Positions 17,901 to 27,486 of a stretch of 64,000 nucleotides of DNA are shown piece by piece. The stretch covers positions 959 through 64,958 of the forward strand of contig JAIPGN010000004.1 in the NCBI GenBank assembly GCA_021735685.1, given 5' to 3'. The position numbers were made by a program, and so were the translations under genes. Below the pieces are notes generated by a model that did not search any database, was not told where the DNA came from, and was given only the letters and a program-made list of their open reading frames with translations. Origin of the DNA: Patescibacteria group bacterium (GTDB lineage: Bacteria; Patescibacteriota; Patescibacteriia; UBA2591; UBA6264). Every line of letters begins with the position of its first letter. The first letter of the stretch is position 1.

Positions 17901-20900
17901 ATGGACTCGAGAAAAGTTAACAGTTAATTGTTGTTCAAGCGATCAGGATTGTTATGATCCAGATGACGATAGCACTAATCGATGCGCAGGAAGTATTTGT
18001 GATGACACTTATGGAATTTGTACGCCAATAATTAATGATTTTAGCCCTTCAGCTGGAGATCTTGAAGATTGGGTAACTATTAATGGTTGTTGGTTTAATA
18101 ATTATAACCAAAGTTATAGTCAGGTTAGCTTTAACGAAGAAGTTGCTTCTATTCCTTTTGACCGCTGCACTAATTCAGCCTGGCAAAATGAGCAAATTAT
18201 TGCTGAAGTTCCGGCTGAGCAAGGGAACCCTTTTGGAAAGATTCAGGTTGTTTCCGCTCCCTATGGTATTAATTTTGAAGTTTTGTCAGATAGTAATTTT
18301 TTAGAAGGTGATTCTTATGTGGGAATTTGTAATTTAAGGCCAGACCACGGCCCGACTGGTTTAATTACCGCTTTAACCACTAATGATAATTTAGCTCCTA
18401 GAGTGGGCCAAGATGCTGTTCATTATGGCAATCAAAGAGCGATGGCTTATCCAGAGCCTGGTTGGAGTGTGGCCTTTAAAGAAATTCGTTCTCAATCTCC
18501 AACAACTTTGCCTTTAGGGGAAATTTTAGTGAAAGTTAAGCAAGGCGGCCTTGATAGTAATTATTTGTCTTTTAATGTTGATCCAACTGGAGGTCAACCG
18601 GGAGATTTATGCATTGAAGGCTGTGGTCCTCTTTGTGATCTTGGCGCTCAGTTTTGTGAAAATCCTTATTTTTGTTTGCAACGTACCAGTGGCACTTGCC
18701 AAGATTGTCGTTGCTGTTGCCAAATTAGTGATCCAGAATCTTGTGGCACTGAATTAGAGTGTTTGGCTGGACAGGGTAATTGTACTGGAACGGAAAGGGG
18801 ACTTTGTTGTGGTTGTGAAAATGATGTTCAATGCGGAAGTGCTGGTTGTGGATTTTTAGATTCTAATCGTTGTTGCTATGCGCATCCCAGCGCAGTTTTT
18901 AATGCTTGTTCAGCTACTGATTTTCCTCAATTGGTTGGTCTTAACGCTTCTTTTGCTTTAAGCTTTGATCAACCAATGGATCGAAACCGAATGAATAACG
19001 ATTATATTAAAATTTCTAAAGCTGGACTTTGCGGAAATGACTCAGGGGAATATGACCAAGACCAGGGGAGATGTTATTTAGAAGGAGACATAGTTAGCGT
19101 TAATTCTGAAAATAATAATTCTACTGTTTTTTATCCTGATTCCTGCCGTTTAAGCACGAATCAAGAATATAAATTGGAATTCATAAAAGGCGAGAATGGT
19201 GCGGGGATTAGGTCTTTTCAGGGGGTTTCGGCTACAGCCATTGGAACCGAAGCTTGTTCTTGGGATAATTCTTTGTCTTGCGCTAATTTTGTGATTGATA
19301 CGGCCACTCAAGAGCAAGGTGGTTTTTGTGCAATAGAAACTATTAATGTTGAGCCCCGCGATTTTATAATTAAAGGATTAAATAATACGCATAATTTTTT
19401 AGCTTTAGCTTTGGACGAAGATGATAGTCCGGTTTGCGTGTCTGGCTTTGATTGGGAAAGTGAGAATCAAAGTATAGCAGCTGTTCAGCCAACTTTAGGA
19501 TTAGGGACAACGGCTCGCTCCATTAATTATGGAGAAACTTTTATCAAGGCTAGTGCTGAAGGAATAAGCTGTAGTTTAAGTGGAGATCCTTATACTTGTA
19601 CCAAACTAAAAGTTACGCCTACGGATTTACCTCAGGTGGTTGAGCAACAGAGCTGTGAAATTTGTGATTTGGGAGGTCAGTCTCCTTCGCCTTGGAAAGA
19701 TTCAGAGGAAAATTGCCCGAATGCTCAAATAGTTGTTCGTTTTAATCGTTTCTTAGAGCTAACCACTATTAACGTTAGTAATATTTTGGTTAAAGAATTT
19801 AATCCTAATACTCAGACTTATGAAGATTTTGATTATCAATCTTTAGATAAAATTAACGAAAATTCAGAAACCATTATTTACATTGATGGACCATTAAGCG
19901 CTGACAAAAATTATCAAGTTATTTTAAAAAGTGGATTATCTAATGAGGTTGGCGGTTTAAAAGATTTAAGCGGTTTACCCTTAGATGGTAATAAAAATAA
20001 TATTCAAGATGCCTCTCCTTTAGATGATTATGTCTGGGAATTTAGCACTGGTGCAACCAATTGTGTTTTGAATCAAGTTTGCGTTAATCCTCGCCAAACC
20101 ACTCAAATTAATCATCCCGGAAATCAAGTTTATTATACTGACACTTATGCTTCTAATTGTAATTATTTAGAGGCTAGTAATTTTAACGGGAATTACGTCT
20201 GGGCCTTGATCAATCAGCAACCAGCTAATCCCTCACAAGAAGTAGCAGAATTTATTTCCAGCATTGATGATTGGCAATCAGAGTTGAGCTCAAAGCATTT
20301 AGGAGAGGCTGATGTTGAAGTTAGTATTAATTCTCATCCTCAAATCAATGATAATGGCCATTTAATTGTAACTACGGTTCCGAACATAGAGTCTAGTTTG
20401 CCACAAGGAAATGAAGTTTGTCGTAATAGCATTATTCAAATTGGTTTTGATCAAGTCATGGAAGACGATTCTTTAAATGCTGATAATTTAGAAGTTTGGA
20501 GAAAATATAATAGCGCCCAGACTGGTCTGAATTGCGAAGGTAACTGTGATGAGGTTCCTCCTGTTGGTAGCAATTATCCACAAAACTTTTTGGCTAGTTT
20601 ATATTATAAAATTAAAAATATTTTTTATCCTCAGGCAGAAGCAGCTCAATTTCCTTCTGAAGATTGTTGGTGTCAATGGCCGCTTTCGGGCATTTCTTCG
20701 AGCATAGATGAGAATAATAAAAGTTTAGCTCGTCTTGATGCTGGTTTATTAAACGGAGAAGCTCAATATAAAGTGGTAATTAAAAGTGGAGTAGAGAGTC
20801 AATATGGAATTGATTTAGGATTAAATGATGAATGGCAATTTACTACTGGAGAATTATGTGAATTAACAAGAGTGGAAATTAGCCCTAGGGATGTTTATTT

Positions 20901-22245
20901 TAATAGTGCTGGTCTTTTAGAGAATTTAGAGGCGCAAGCCTTTGACGATCAGGGTAATGAAATTTTTGGAGTAAATGGTTATGATTGGGATTGGGGTTGG
21001 CAATCATCTCAACAAACTGTTGTAAATGTTAACTCGGTTGCCGGAGAACCAGAAAAAGCGGAAATTATTTCAGGTAGACAAGAGGGTATCTCTGAAATTG
21101 TGGCTACAGCTCAGTTGAATGTAGGAGGAGAGCCTACTAACACTTTAGTTGATGATCAAATTTCAGCACGAGTCTCTATTTGTGAATATCCATGGGTTTA
21201 TTTTGATGGAGGGGGGGGCGAAGGAACCAATTTTAATTTATTTTATTGTCGCGATCAAGAGCCTCTCTTGCCAAAATTACTTTATAAGGGAGGAGAAGTG
21301 AGTCCTAGTGGCTGTGGAAATGGTATTTTGCAACCCCCTGAGGCTTGTGATCTTTATGTTGGGGTTCCGTCTCATGCTACTTGTTCTTTTAATTGTTTGA
21401 GCTGGGAATGTAACGCGGGTTATTACAAAGAAAACAATATATGTCTTCCTAATATTCCCTTAGCTCCCTCTAATCTAGAAGTTGAAGTTGATAGTGATTT
21501 TCCCGGAAGTCGACTTAATTTAACTTGGAATGATAATTCTGTTAACGAAGAATTTTTTAAGATTGAAAGAAAGTCTAGGGCTTCTAATTGGCAGTTAGTG
21601 GATGAAGTAGGAGCCAATATTACTTCTTATGTCGATTCTGATTTAGATCCAGCCACTAAATATTATTATCGAGTTCGAGCCGGAAATACTTCAGGTAATT
21701 CCTCCTATACTACGGAAAGTTGGGCAATTACCCTTTGTTTAAATAATCAATGTTATTTTAACCAAGCTTGCTATAACTCTGAGCAATGTCAACCTAATTC
21801 TACCCAAATGTGCTTAAATGGCGAATGGATAAATTCTTGCGGAGATGGAATTTTAAATTGTAATGAAATTTGCGATGGGGTTATTGGAAGTATTCCCGGA
21901 AATAATACTCATTGTCAAAATGATTGTTTAAACTGGATTTGTGATGTTGGCTATGGTGATTGTGACGGAAATTCTTCTAACGGATGTGAAATTAATTTAT
22001 TAAATAACAATAGTCATTGCGGAGAATGTAATCAACCTTGTGGCGCTAATCAAAGTTGTGAAAACGGCATTTGTGTTTGTGAAAACAATTATGGTGATTG
22101 TGACGGAAATTCTTCTAACGGATGTGAAATTAATTTATTAAATAACAATAGTCATTGCGGAGAATGTAATCATCAATGTTCTGATACTGATGAATGTGAA
22201 TTTGGGCATTGTGTCGAAATAGCCCCCGCCCCCCCAACTGATTAA
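14908..22245 (+). CDS. Giant surface protein: TrbC/VirB2-like pilin domain, Ig-like (Big_5-type), IPT/TIG, FN3 and Cys-rich repeats
   Basis: Pilin motif AGVQWMTSGGNSEKIKKAK between two TMs; PAQGPRGSCVTVTG and SPSAGDLEDWVTING (IPT-like); LTWNDNS...YYYRVRA (FN3); CDGNSSNGCEINL...HCGECN repeats. Confidence 0.85.
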   Translation: MFFSKNKISLIVFLIILPIFFLFILAPLSAQDLGSGIVEEAGSSAGLGEGSLPIVLGKIFKIVLSVLGLVALILAIVAGVQWMTSGGNSEKIKKAKALLSAALIGLLIIILAYALVSFIVNKLTGVSGGGGGCTPGSCCADGLRCDENGQCTIADLACSTTFPSENFLLSRGEANFDANNQVYLCSNIRAVFNHNIKSNTVSAALNADALKVVDTDDNDTVEGEWQVAGKFITFTPDEFWEENTSYEMVIPLTISDSNNKYLSGCSAGFLPNGNCASLASQVKWSFLTNDQPDDISPFIKNSYPVKDLTTPDRNVSRAPVLEIIFNENIDYTTIIDTNHVDYDADDQSTWHPIAGNFQLCKIANQSTECVVGNEYNNDNLKVSLTSQGFRISLLNAQWLEAFGWYEIKVDGIEDMCGNVMEQSEAWTFQANDSVPGVQEWWPQGNNVCPDAPIGLRFGTSMYEQEVSVEVINTVTNAIEFAGSIKPSNFPAGGDYRSNLTTGNGSLLVMDDNDDEISNQFKIFQLELNSNLTNDSEYTIEINTDLIIDVDNNTLGKDWSFEVTNLQDCACAPIIYQTLPAQGPRGSCVTVTGYCFNGTLERPATINGFWFDDGDNPDGEISAEIMSSTSNSLTTVIPADFGEPIDDVPDELSERIKIVYEDNGEEVNIPSANQFTVISNQLAQGPCIWRLAPNQGKVSTNFEIKGIRLGSEEGNNYVGMNSWADHLNIEGAWTNEEIDQVVVPAFSTAGERDVKVAVFNEAEGNYLFSNPAPFDVIFDQPEVREFGCNPPPNYSSPSPYKNTQDACTGIDLMVEFTKNMKAYGANGVLNVANYTIRNCGSEENYNPADCSSIYYSPTNANFYDSSQNIVQLSLASSLSTNTWYQVSIQGNVRSQEEVAMGEDYIWHFKTRDNDLCPVAQIDLTPQNSMITGCSGSQQYTAQPVASNCNFLTASNYTYSWLSSQTEVATVGSGQNYQNTAQAIGGGYAWIKVTEDDSQKWTREKLTVNCCSSDQDCYDPDDDSTNRCAGSICDDTYGICTPIINDFSPSAGDLEDWVTINGCWFNNYNQSYSQVSFNEEVASIPFDRCTNSAWQNEQIIAEVPAEQGNPFGKIQVVSAPYGINFEVLSDSNFLEGDSYVGICNLRPDHGPTGLITALTTNDNLAPRVGQDAVHYGNQRAMAYPEPGWSVAFKEIRSQSPTTLPLGEILVKVKQGGLDSNYLSFNVDPTGGQPGDLCIEGCGPLCDLGAQFCENPYFCLQRTSGTCQDCRCCCQISDPESCGTELECLAGQGNCTGTERGLCCGCENDVQCGSAGCGFLDSNRCCYAHPSAVFNACSATDFPQLVGLNASFALSFDQPMDRNRMNNDYIKISKAGLCGNDSGEYDQDQGRCYLEGDIVSVNSENNNSTVFYPDSCRLSTNQEYKLEFIKGENGAGIRSFQGVSATAIGTEACSWDNSLSCANFVIDTATQEQGGFCAIETINVEPRDFIIKGLNNTHNFLALALDEDDSPVCVSGFDWESENQSIAAVQPTLGLGTTARSINYGETFIKASAEGISCSLSGDPYTCTKLKVTPTDLPQVVEQQSCEICDLGGQSPSPWKDSEENCPNAQIVVRFNRFLELTTINVSNILVKEFNPNTQTYEDFDYQSLDKINENSETIIYIDGPLSADKNYQVILKSGLSNEVGGLKDLSGLPLDGNKNNIQDASPLDDYVWEFSTGATNCVLNQVCVNPRQTTQINHPGNQVYYTDTYASNCNYLEASNFNGNYVWALINQQPANPSQEVAEFISSIDDWQSELSSKHLGEADVEVSINSHPQINDNGHLIVTTVPNIESSLPQGNEVCRNSIIQIGFDQVMEDDSLNADNLEVWRKYNSAQTGLNCEGNCDEVPPVGSNYPQNFLASLYYKIKNIFYPQAEAAQFPSEDCWCQWPLSGISSSIDENNKSLARLDAGLLNGEAQYKVVIKSGVESQYGIDLGLNDEWQFTTGELCELTRVEISPRDVYFNSAGLLENLEAQAFDDQGNEIFGVNGYDWDWGWQSSQQTVVNVNSVAGEPEKAEIISGRQEGISEIVATAQLNVGGEPTNTLVDDQISARVSICEYPWVYFDGGGGEGTNFNLFYCRDQEPLLPKLLYKGGEVSPSGCGNGILQPPEACDLYVGVPSHATCSFNCLSWECNAGYYKENNICLPNIPLAPSNLEVEVDSDFPGSRLNLTWNDNSVNEEFFKIERKSRASNWQLVDEVGANITSYVDSDLDPATKYYYRVRAGNTSGNSSYTTESWAITLCLNNQCYFNQACYNSEQCQPNSTQMCLNGEWINSCGDGILNCNEICDGVIGSIPGNNTHCQNDCLNWICDVGYGDCDGNSSNGCEINLLNNNSHCGECNQPCGANQSCENGICVCENNYGDCDGNSSNGCEINLLNNNSHCGECNHQCSDTDECEFGHCVEIAPAPPTD
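21952..22172 (+). repeat. Identical 83-bp direct repeat (21952-22034, 22090-22172) in the Cys-rich tail
   Basis: TATGGTGATTGTGACGG...GGAGAATGTAATCA twice, 138-bp period. Confidence 0.9.
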
Positions 22246-22281
22246 ACAAAATTTAAGCCTAAGAGATTTTAAAATTAATAA

Positions 22282-25200
22282 ATGTATATTAAGGTACAAA
22301 AAAATATGATTAGCCGAAAAAATATTAAAAATTTGATTTTCCTCGGCTTGCTAACTTTTTTAGCTGGAATTTTTTGGTTTAATTTGCAAACAGATTTAGT
22401 TCATGCTGATCAAGCGGGCTTGGTTAAAGAATTTTTGTTTACTGTTCAGGGATCATCCGGAGATGCTATTGGAGTTAAAATAATGGAAAATCCACAACGA
22501 TTGACTCCTTCAGCTTGGTATCAACAGAATGTTCAAAATCCGGGAAATCCCAGTATTTTTATGGTCGATGGTTATTATGCTTTACGAGAGGGAAGAACTG
22601 TTTATGTGGGAGCAACTAATGTCAGCGGAGTTTCAAATGAAAACATTTCTTCTTATATTTATATTATTTCTTATAACGAAGGAGCTTCTGCGGAAACTGT
22701 TAATATTTTTAATCAATTACTAGAGAAATTTACTTTTAACACTAATCTTACTAACGCTGATCAAAGAGGAGAGATTCAAAGAGATTTGTTTAGAATTTAT
22801 GATTTAGATCAAATTTCTAGTGAACTAGAATCTTACTATGGTCAGCATGGGTCTTACCCTCCTATATCTTCTGGTTCTTATTTGAAGGGGGAGACCTATA
22901 GTGCTTGGCCTTCTTGGCAATATACTTTTGGCCAAGCTTTGGGGAAATCTTTGCCGGTTGATCCTTTAAATCGTTTTTATGGATCTTGTGCTGGTTGTCC
23001 CGATAACCCTCAACAATCCAATTATCAGTGTGATGGGACTTGTTATAATCCTTTAAATAAAGAATTTGCCCATCCCAACAATTCACATGTTTATGGTTAT
23101 TATACGCCAACTGAAAATGATTGTAGTGGGCAAGGATATGAGTTGTCAGCTAATTTTGAATATTATCCTTTTTCGGCCACTCCTCCTTTGCCAGCAGTAA
23201 GATGGTTAGGGGATAATGAAATTCAAATTTCTTTGCCAGATATCCTTGGTAAAAATAATTATATTGTTTCTCAAGGATTGGGGGAATGTGGTGATCAGGT
23301 TTTAAATGCTTGTGAGGAGTGTGAAATTATTGACAGCAATATGGTTCCTTCTGGCAAAACTTGTGCCAGTTTAGGATTGGGCTCTGGGTCCTTGAGTTGT
23401 GTTGATTGTCATTGGGATGGTTGTGGTAAACTAAGTAATGGAGAAAATTGTTCTTTGGATGTTGAGTGTTCTTCTGGCTATTGCAGCCCAGATGGAGTTT
23501 GTTGTAATACAGCTTGTCAAGGTCTTTGTCAGTCTTGTAATCAGTCTGGTCAAGAAGGCACCTGTCTTTTGGTGCCATCTGGAGAGGACCCAGGAGACGT
23601 TTGTTCGGACACAGCTCCTTGTTTAACTGGTAACTGCGATGGCCTTGGAGCTTGTGAGCTAGAATCAAGTGGTACTTCTTGTGGTGATTGTCAGTATTGT
23701 TCAGTAAATGGACAATGCTTGCCAGTTCCTTTTGGAGAAGATTACAATAATCAGTGTTCAGAAGATTCTAGTAATTGTGAGGCTGGCTATTGCGATGGTT
23801 ACGGCTCTTGTACTTACTATCCCGCTGGTTTTATTTGTGGTGATTGTAGATATTGTAGTAGCGCTTACCCACCTGATTGTAATGTTGTCCCCGGAGGCAC
23901 TAATTGGGGTTTTAATTATTATTGTGATAATAATGGTAATTTTGCTTGTTATGTCAATTGGGGAAATTGTGACGGGGATTGGAATACAGGTTGCGGAACT
24001 AATCTTTTGCTTGATCCGGAAAATTGCGGAGAATGTGATAATTCTTGTAGCGATAATCAAACTTGTCAATCAGGAGAATGCGTTTGTTTGCCTGGATATG
24101 CGGATTGCAATGGTGATCCCAGTGATGGCTGTGAAGCTTCTCTAAATAGCACTGATCATTGTGGTTACTGTGGCAACGATTGTCCTTCGGGTTATGACTG
24201 CTTAAATGGATCTTGCTCTCGTCCTGGTTCTTGCGGAGACGGAATTGTTCAGCCTGATTTTGAAGATTGCGATCCTAACGAAGATCCTATTCTTTCTTGG
24301 AGTCCAGGATTAGGACAACACTGCAACGATGTTTGTGAGATTGTGATTGATTTGAATATTTTACAAAACTATCCAGGAACAACTAATGATATTGATTTAC
24401 CGTCCATTGTTAATGAGTATAAAAATGACTCTGAGTTTCAATTAGCAATGAGAGACGTTGTTGTTACGTCTCAATCTTTAAGTTATTTTAACGATGATCC
24501 CGATTTTTTTATTCCTTCGGGAAACAGATTGGAATATTATAATGTCCTGGTTTTTGGTTGGAAAGATTGCAATGGTTCCGAAGATTTAAGCCCAGAGGCA
24601 GCAGCAGCAGTTGACGATTTTATTGACCAAGGTGGTTCTGTTATTTTTGGACATGATACTATTTGGCAAGAAGCTAATTCTGTTTGCGGAGGAACACATA
24701 CTAATTTTAATACTCTAAAGCATCATGCCGGCATTGGAGAGCTTAATAATTTTTCTGGCGTTGATCTTTTTAATAATGTGGGAGCTAATTTTAATTTAGC
24801 TGGGGGAAAACTTTTTACCATTCCTTATGTTTTAGAAGAAGAATTCGATGTTCTTTCTACTCATTTAAGTGGTCAAGTTTTAGATCCAGACACTTGTGAA
24901 GCTCCTGAAGGACTCAAAGTTTGGTATTATGCTAAAATTGATGGTTCTTTGGATTATAATAAACCTTGGGCTAACACTTGCGGAAAAGTGGAGATGATTC
25001 AATTGGGGCACATTACCGGAGAACCAGAGGATATGGAGAAAAAAGCTTTAATTAATATGCTTTATTATGTCGCTACAGCTGGAACTGATGTAGCTAATAA
25101 TCCTTCTGGCGGAGGAGGCGCACTAGGCACTGGCATATTTGGTGATTCTTGTGAGAGTGATGATGATTGCAGTGGCGACTTAAATTTAATTTGTGGCTTA

Positions 25201-25380
25201 GATGATACTTGTGCTTGTGGTGATGATTGGGGGAATTGTAATGGTAATCCTGATGATGGTTGCGAGACAAATTTATTAACTACTTGGTTACATTGTGGGG
25301 CTTGCACAAATCAATGTGACCCTGACGAAGATTGTGTAGATGGAACATGTGAGGGAGGAGGCGGTGGTAACCAATGGTAA
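22282..25380 (+). CDS. Large secreted Cys-rich protein with an internal type IV pilin/GspG-like helix and an alpha/beta (GATase-like) domain
   Basis: Signal peptide ending VHA; RDLFRIYDLDQISSELESYYGQHGSYP; many CGDC/CDG repeats; YNVLVFGWKD...FIDQGGSVIFGHD. Confidence 0.8.
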   Translation: MYIKVQKNMISRKNIKNLIFLGLLTFLAGIFWFNLQTDLVHADQAGLVKEFLFTVQGSSGDAIGVKIMENPQRLTPSAWYQQNVQNPGNPSIFMVDGYYALREGRTVYVGATNVSGVSNENISSYIYIISYNEGASAETVNIFNQLLEKFTFNTNLTNADQRGEIQRDLFRIYDLDQISSELESYYGQHGSYPPISSGSYLKGETYSAWPSWQYTFGQALGKSLPVDPLNRFYGSCAGCPDNPQQSNYQCDGTCYNPLNKEFAHPNNSHVYGYYTPTENDCSGQGYELSANFEYYPFSATPPLPAVRWLGDNEIQISLPDILGKNNYIVSQGLGECGDQVLNACEECEIIDSNMVPSGKTCASLGLGSGSLSCVDCHWDGCGKLSNGENCSLDVECSSGYCSPDGVCCNTACQGLCQSCNQSGQEGTCLLVPSGEDPGDVCSDTAPCLTGNCDGLGACELESSGTSCGDCQYCSVNGQCLPVPFGEDYNNQCSEDSSNCEAGYCDGYGSCTYYPAGFICGDCRYCSSAYPPDCNVVPGGTNWGFNYYCDNNGNFACYVNWGNCDGDWNTGCGTNLLLDPENCGECDNSCSDNQTCQSGECVCLPGYADCNGDPSDGCEASLNSTDHCGYCGNDCPSGYDCLNGSCSRPGSCGDGIVQPDFEDCDPNEDPILSWSPGLGQHCNDVCEIVIDLNILQNYPGTTNDIDLPSIVNEYKNDSEFQLAMRDVVVTSQSLSYFNDDPDFFIPSGNRLEYYNVLVFGWKDCNGSEDLSPEAAAAVDDFIDQGGSVIFGHDTIWQEANSVCGGTHTNFNTLKHHAGIGELNNFSGVDLFNNVGANFNLAGGKLFTIPYVLEEEFDVLSTHLSGQVLDPDTCEAPEGLKVWYYAKIDGSLDYNKPWANTCGKVEMIQLGHITGEPEDMEKKALINMLYYVATAGTDVANNPSGGGGALGTGIFGDSCESDDDCSGDLNLICGLDDTCACGDDWGNCNGNPDDGCETNLLTTWLHCGACTNQCDPDEDCVDGTCEGGGGGNQW

Positions 25381-25493
25381 AATAATATCATCCAGAAACA
25401 GAACAGGTTGTTCAATTGTTTGTGGTTGTTAATCAAAAAATATGACTAAATTCAAAATTTATCAAAAGAATTAAAAATAATAATTAAAAAAAT

Positions 25494-27446
25494 ATGTTTG
25501 ATGAAATTAAAACCGAGGGAAATCAAGATAAAAAAAATTCTGATCAAGGATTGAATCAGAAATCAGCTCCCTCTTTTAAAGCTCCTTCTTCGTCTCCACA
25601 ACCAGAAGTTAATTCAGGCAATTCCTCGTCTCAAAAATCAAAAGAATTTGAAGTTCCAGAATTAATCAAAAAAGATATTTTGAAGAAAGTTGAAGATAGT
25701 CAAGAAAAAAAAGAATCAGTGTCTCCTCAAGAAGAAAAAATTTACGTAATGCCTGATAAATTTAAACAAAATTCTGGATCAGGTTCAGGAAGAAAGGGCA
25801 AGAAAGGAGTAAAAATTTTTTTAATTATTCTTTTTGTGCTTTTGATTGGCGGAGGCGCTTATTATTATTTTTGGTCGCAACAATACATTGAACCCGAAAT
25901 AATTGCTCCAGAAGAAGAGGTAATTCCTGAAGAAGGTGAAGGAGAAGAAGTGTTGCCAGAAGAAGAGGTAATTCCTGAAGAAGGCGAAGGAGAAGAAGTG
26001 TTGCCAGAAGAAGAGTTAATTCCTGAAGAAGAAACTGAGGAAGAATTTTTTGAAGAAACTAATATAGAAATTGAAGTCAGAGATCAAGAAGAGATGTTAA
26101 TTTCCAAATTTAATTTTCTTTTACCGGAAGGTTCTTTAGACGCAGGATCAATAGTAGAGGCTAGCGGGACCTGGGACCAAGAGGAGGTTGCCCTCGGAGA
26201 TGACCTGTATACAGTTTTGGGAGCGATTTATGAAATTGATTCTGAAGCAGATTTAGTTTTTTTGAAAACCGCTAGTTTAGAAATATTATATAATCAAGAA
26301 TTAGTGGAAGATTTTTGGGAAGATGAAATTACTTTAGGCTATCTTAAGAATGAAACTTGGACCCCCTTACTTAGCACTGTTGATTCAGAAGAAAATGTAG
26401 TAAAAACAGAATTAGACTTCTTGCCAGCTAATACTATTGCTTTGATTGTAGAGAAAGATAAATTGATTCCGGAGATTGAGAAATTACAGATTGCGCCCCA
26501 TATTTCTTCCAGCCTAGATGATGATAATGATGGTCTGACCAACATTGAAGAATCTATTTTTGGTTCAGAGCCTAATAACCCAGATACAGATGCCGATGAA
26601 GTCCCAGACGGGCAAGAAGTTCTTAATTTAACCGATCCTCTCCAGTCTGATAATCAGCTATCTACTTCTGGACTAATAAAGGTTTATATTAACCCTACTT
26701 TTTCTTATAGTCTTTTTTATCCTTCTTCTTGGTTAACGCGGCCCATTCCAGAAACGGACAATCAAGAAGTTTTAATCGTTACTAATACTGGTGAATTTTT
26801 TAGCATTAATGTTGAAAATAATCCTGAAGAATTAAGCCCAACTGATTGGTATTTGCGTCAATCTCCTAATCTTGATTCAGAAACTCTTTTAGAGGTAATG
26901 GTCCATGAACAGCCAGCAGTTTGGAGTGCAGATCGCTTAACGATTTATGTGTCTCGACAAGATAAAATTTATCTTTTGTCTTATTTGTTGGGAACCAGCT
27001 CAGAAGCTAACTTCAAAACTACTTTTCAGATGATGATTAATAGTTTTCAGTTTGTTACTCAACCTCAGGGCAGGGCTAATGGAACTTTAGTTAGTTATCC
27101 TGATCAACCAGAAGTTTACTTAATTGAAAATAACAAGAAGCGAGCTTTCATCTCTGGAGAAATTTTTGAAAAATTGGGATTTAACTGGGAAGATGTTATT
27201 GAGATTCCTTTAGAAGAAGAATATGAAGATGGCCAAGATATTGTTGGATACTTAGACGGAACTTTAATTAAGTATCCCGATCAATCAGAGGTTTACTTGA
27301 TTGAAAATAACAAAAAACGTGTTTTTGTTTCGGGAGAAGTTTTTGAGGGTTTAGGATTTAACTGGGAAGATGTCATTGAGATTCCTCTAGAAGAAGAGTA
27401 TGAAGATGGTCCTCCTATTGAAAGTGCAGGTGGGGGCGTTAATTAG
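25494..27446 (+). CDS. Acidic bitopic membrane protein with DxDxDG Ca-binding-like motifs, PsbP-like region and two C-terminal CPR repeats
   Basis: Single TM; EEEVIPEEGEG repeats; DDDNDGLTNIEE...PDTDADEVPDGQE; YINPTFSYSLFYP; 2x GTL..YPDQ.EVYLIENNKKR. Confidence 0.8.
   Translation: MFDEIKTEGNQDKKNSDQGLNQKSAPSFKAPSSSPQPEVNSGNSSSQKSKEFEVPELIKKDILKKVEDSQEKKESVSPQEEKIYVMPDKFKQNSGSGSGRKGKKGVKIFLIILFVLLIGGGAYYYFWSQQYIEPEIIAPEEEVIPEEGEGEEVLPEEEVIPEEGEGEEVLPEEELIPEEETEEEFFEETNIEIEVRDQEEMLISKFNFLLPEGSLDAGSIVEASGTWDQEEVALGDDLYTVLGAIYEIDSEADLVFLKTASLEILYNQELVEDFWEDEITLGYLKNETWTPLLSTVDSEENVVKTELDFLPANTIALIVEKDKLIPEIEKLQIAPHISSSLDDDNDGLTNIEESIFGSEPNNPDTDADEVPDGQEVLNLTDPLQSDNQLSTSGLIKVYINPTFSYSLFYPSSWLTRPIPETDNQEVLIVTNTGEFFSINVENNPEELSPTDWYLRQSPNLDSETLLEVMVHEQPAVWSADRLTIYVSRQDKIYLLSYLLGTSSEANFKTTFQMMINSFQFVTQPQGRANGTLVSYPDQPEVYLIENNKKRAFISGEIFEKLGFNWEDVIEIPLEEEYEDGQDIVGYLDGTLIKYPDQSEVYLIENNKKRVFVSGEVFEGLGFNWEDVIEIPLEEEYEDGPPIESAGGGVN
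25908..26031 (+). repeat. 48-bp tandem repeat (~2.5 copies) encoding PEEEVIPEEGEGEEVL
   Basis: CCAGAAGAAGAG units start at 25908, 25956 and 26004. Confidence 0.85.
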
Positions 27447-27486
27447 TCAAAAAATAAATTTTTCTATTGAATTGATTAAATAAAAT

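Noticed and set aside
16095-25307. Short alternative-frame and antisense ORFs inside the giant genes (similarly inside clpB, gltX, patatin and others)
   Set aside because: Fully nested in long motif-supported CDSs; their composition reflects codon bias of the real frame.
25384-25431. Imperfect hairpin between giant gene 2 and 25494
   Set aside because: Weak, A/T- and G-U-rich, with no U-tract; cannot be supported as a terminator or RNA element.
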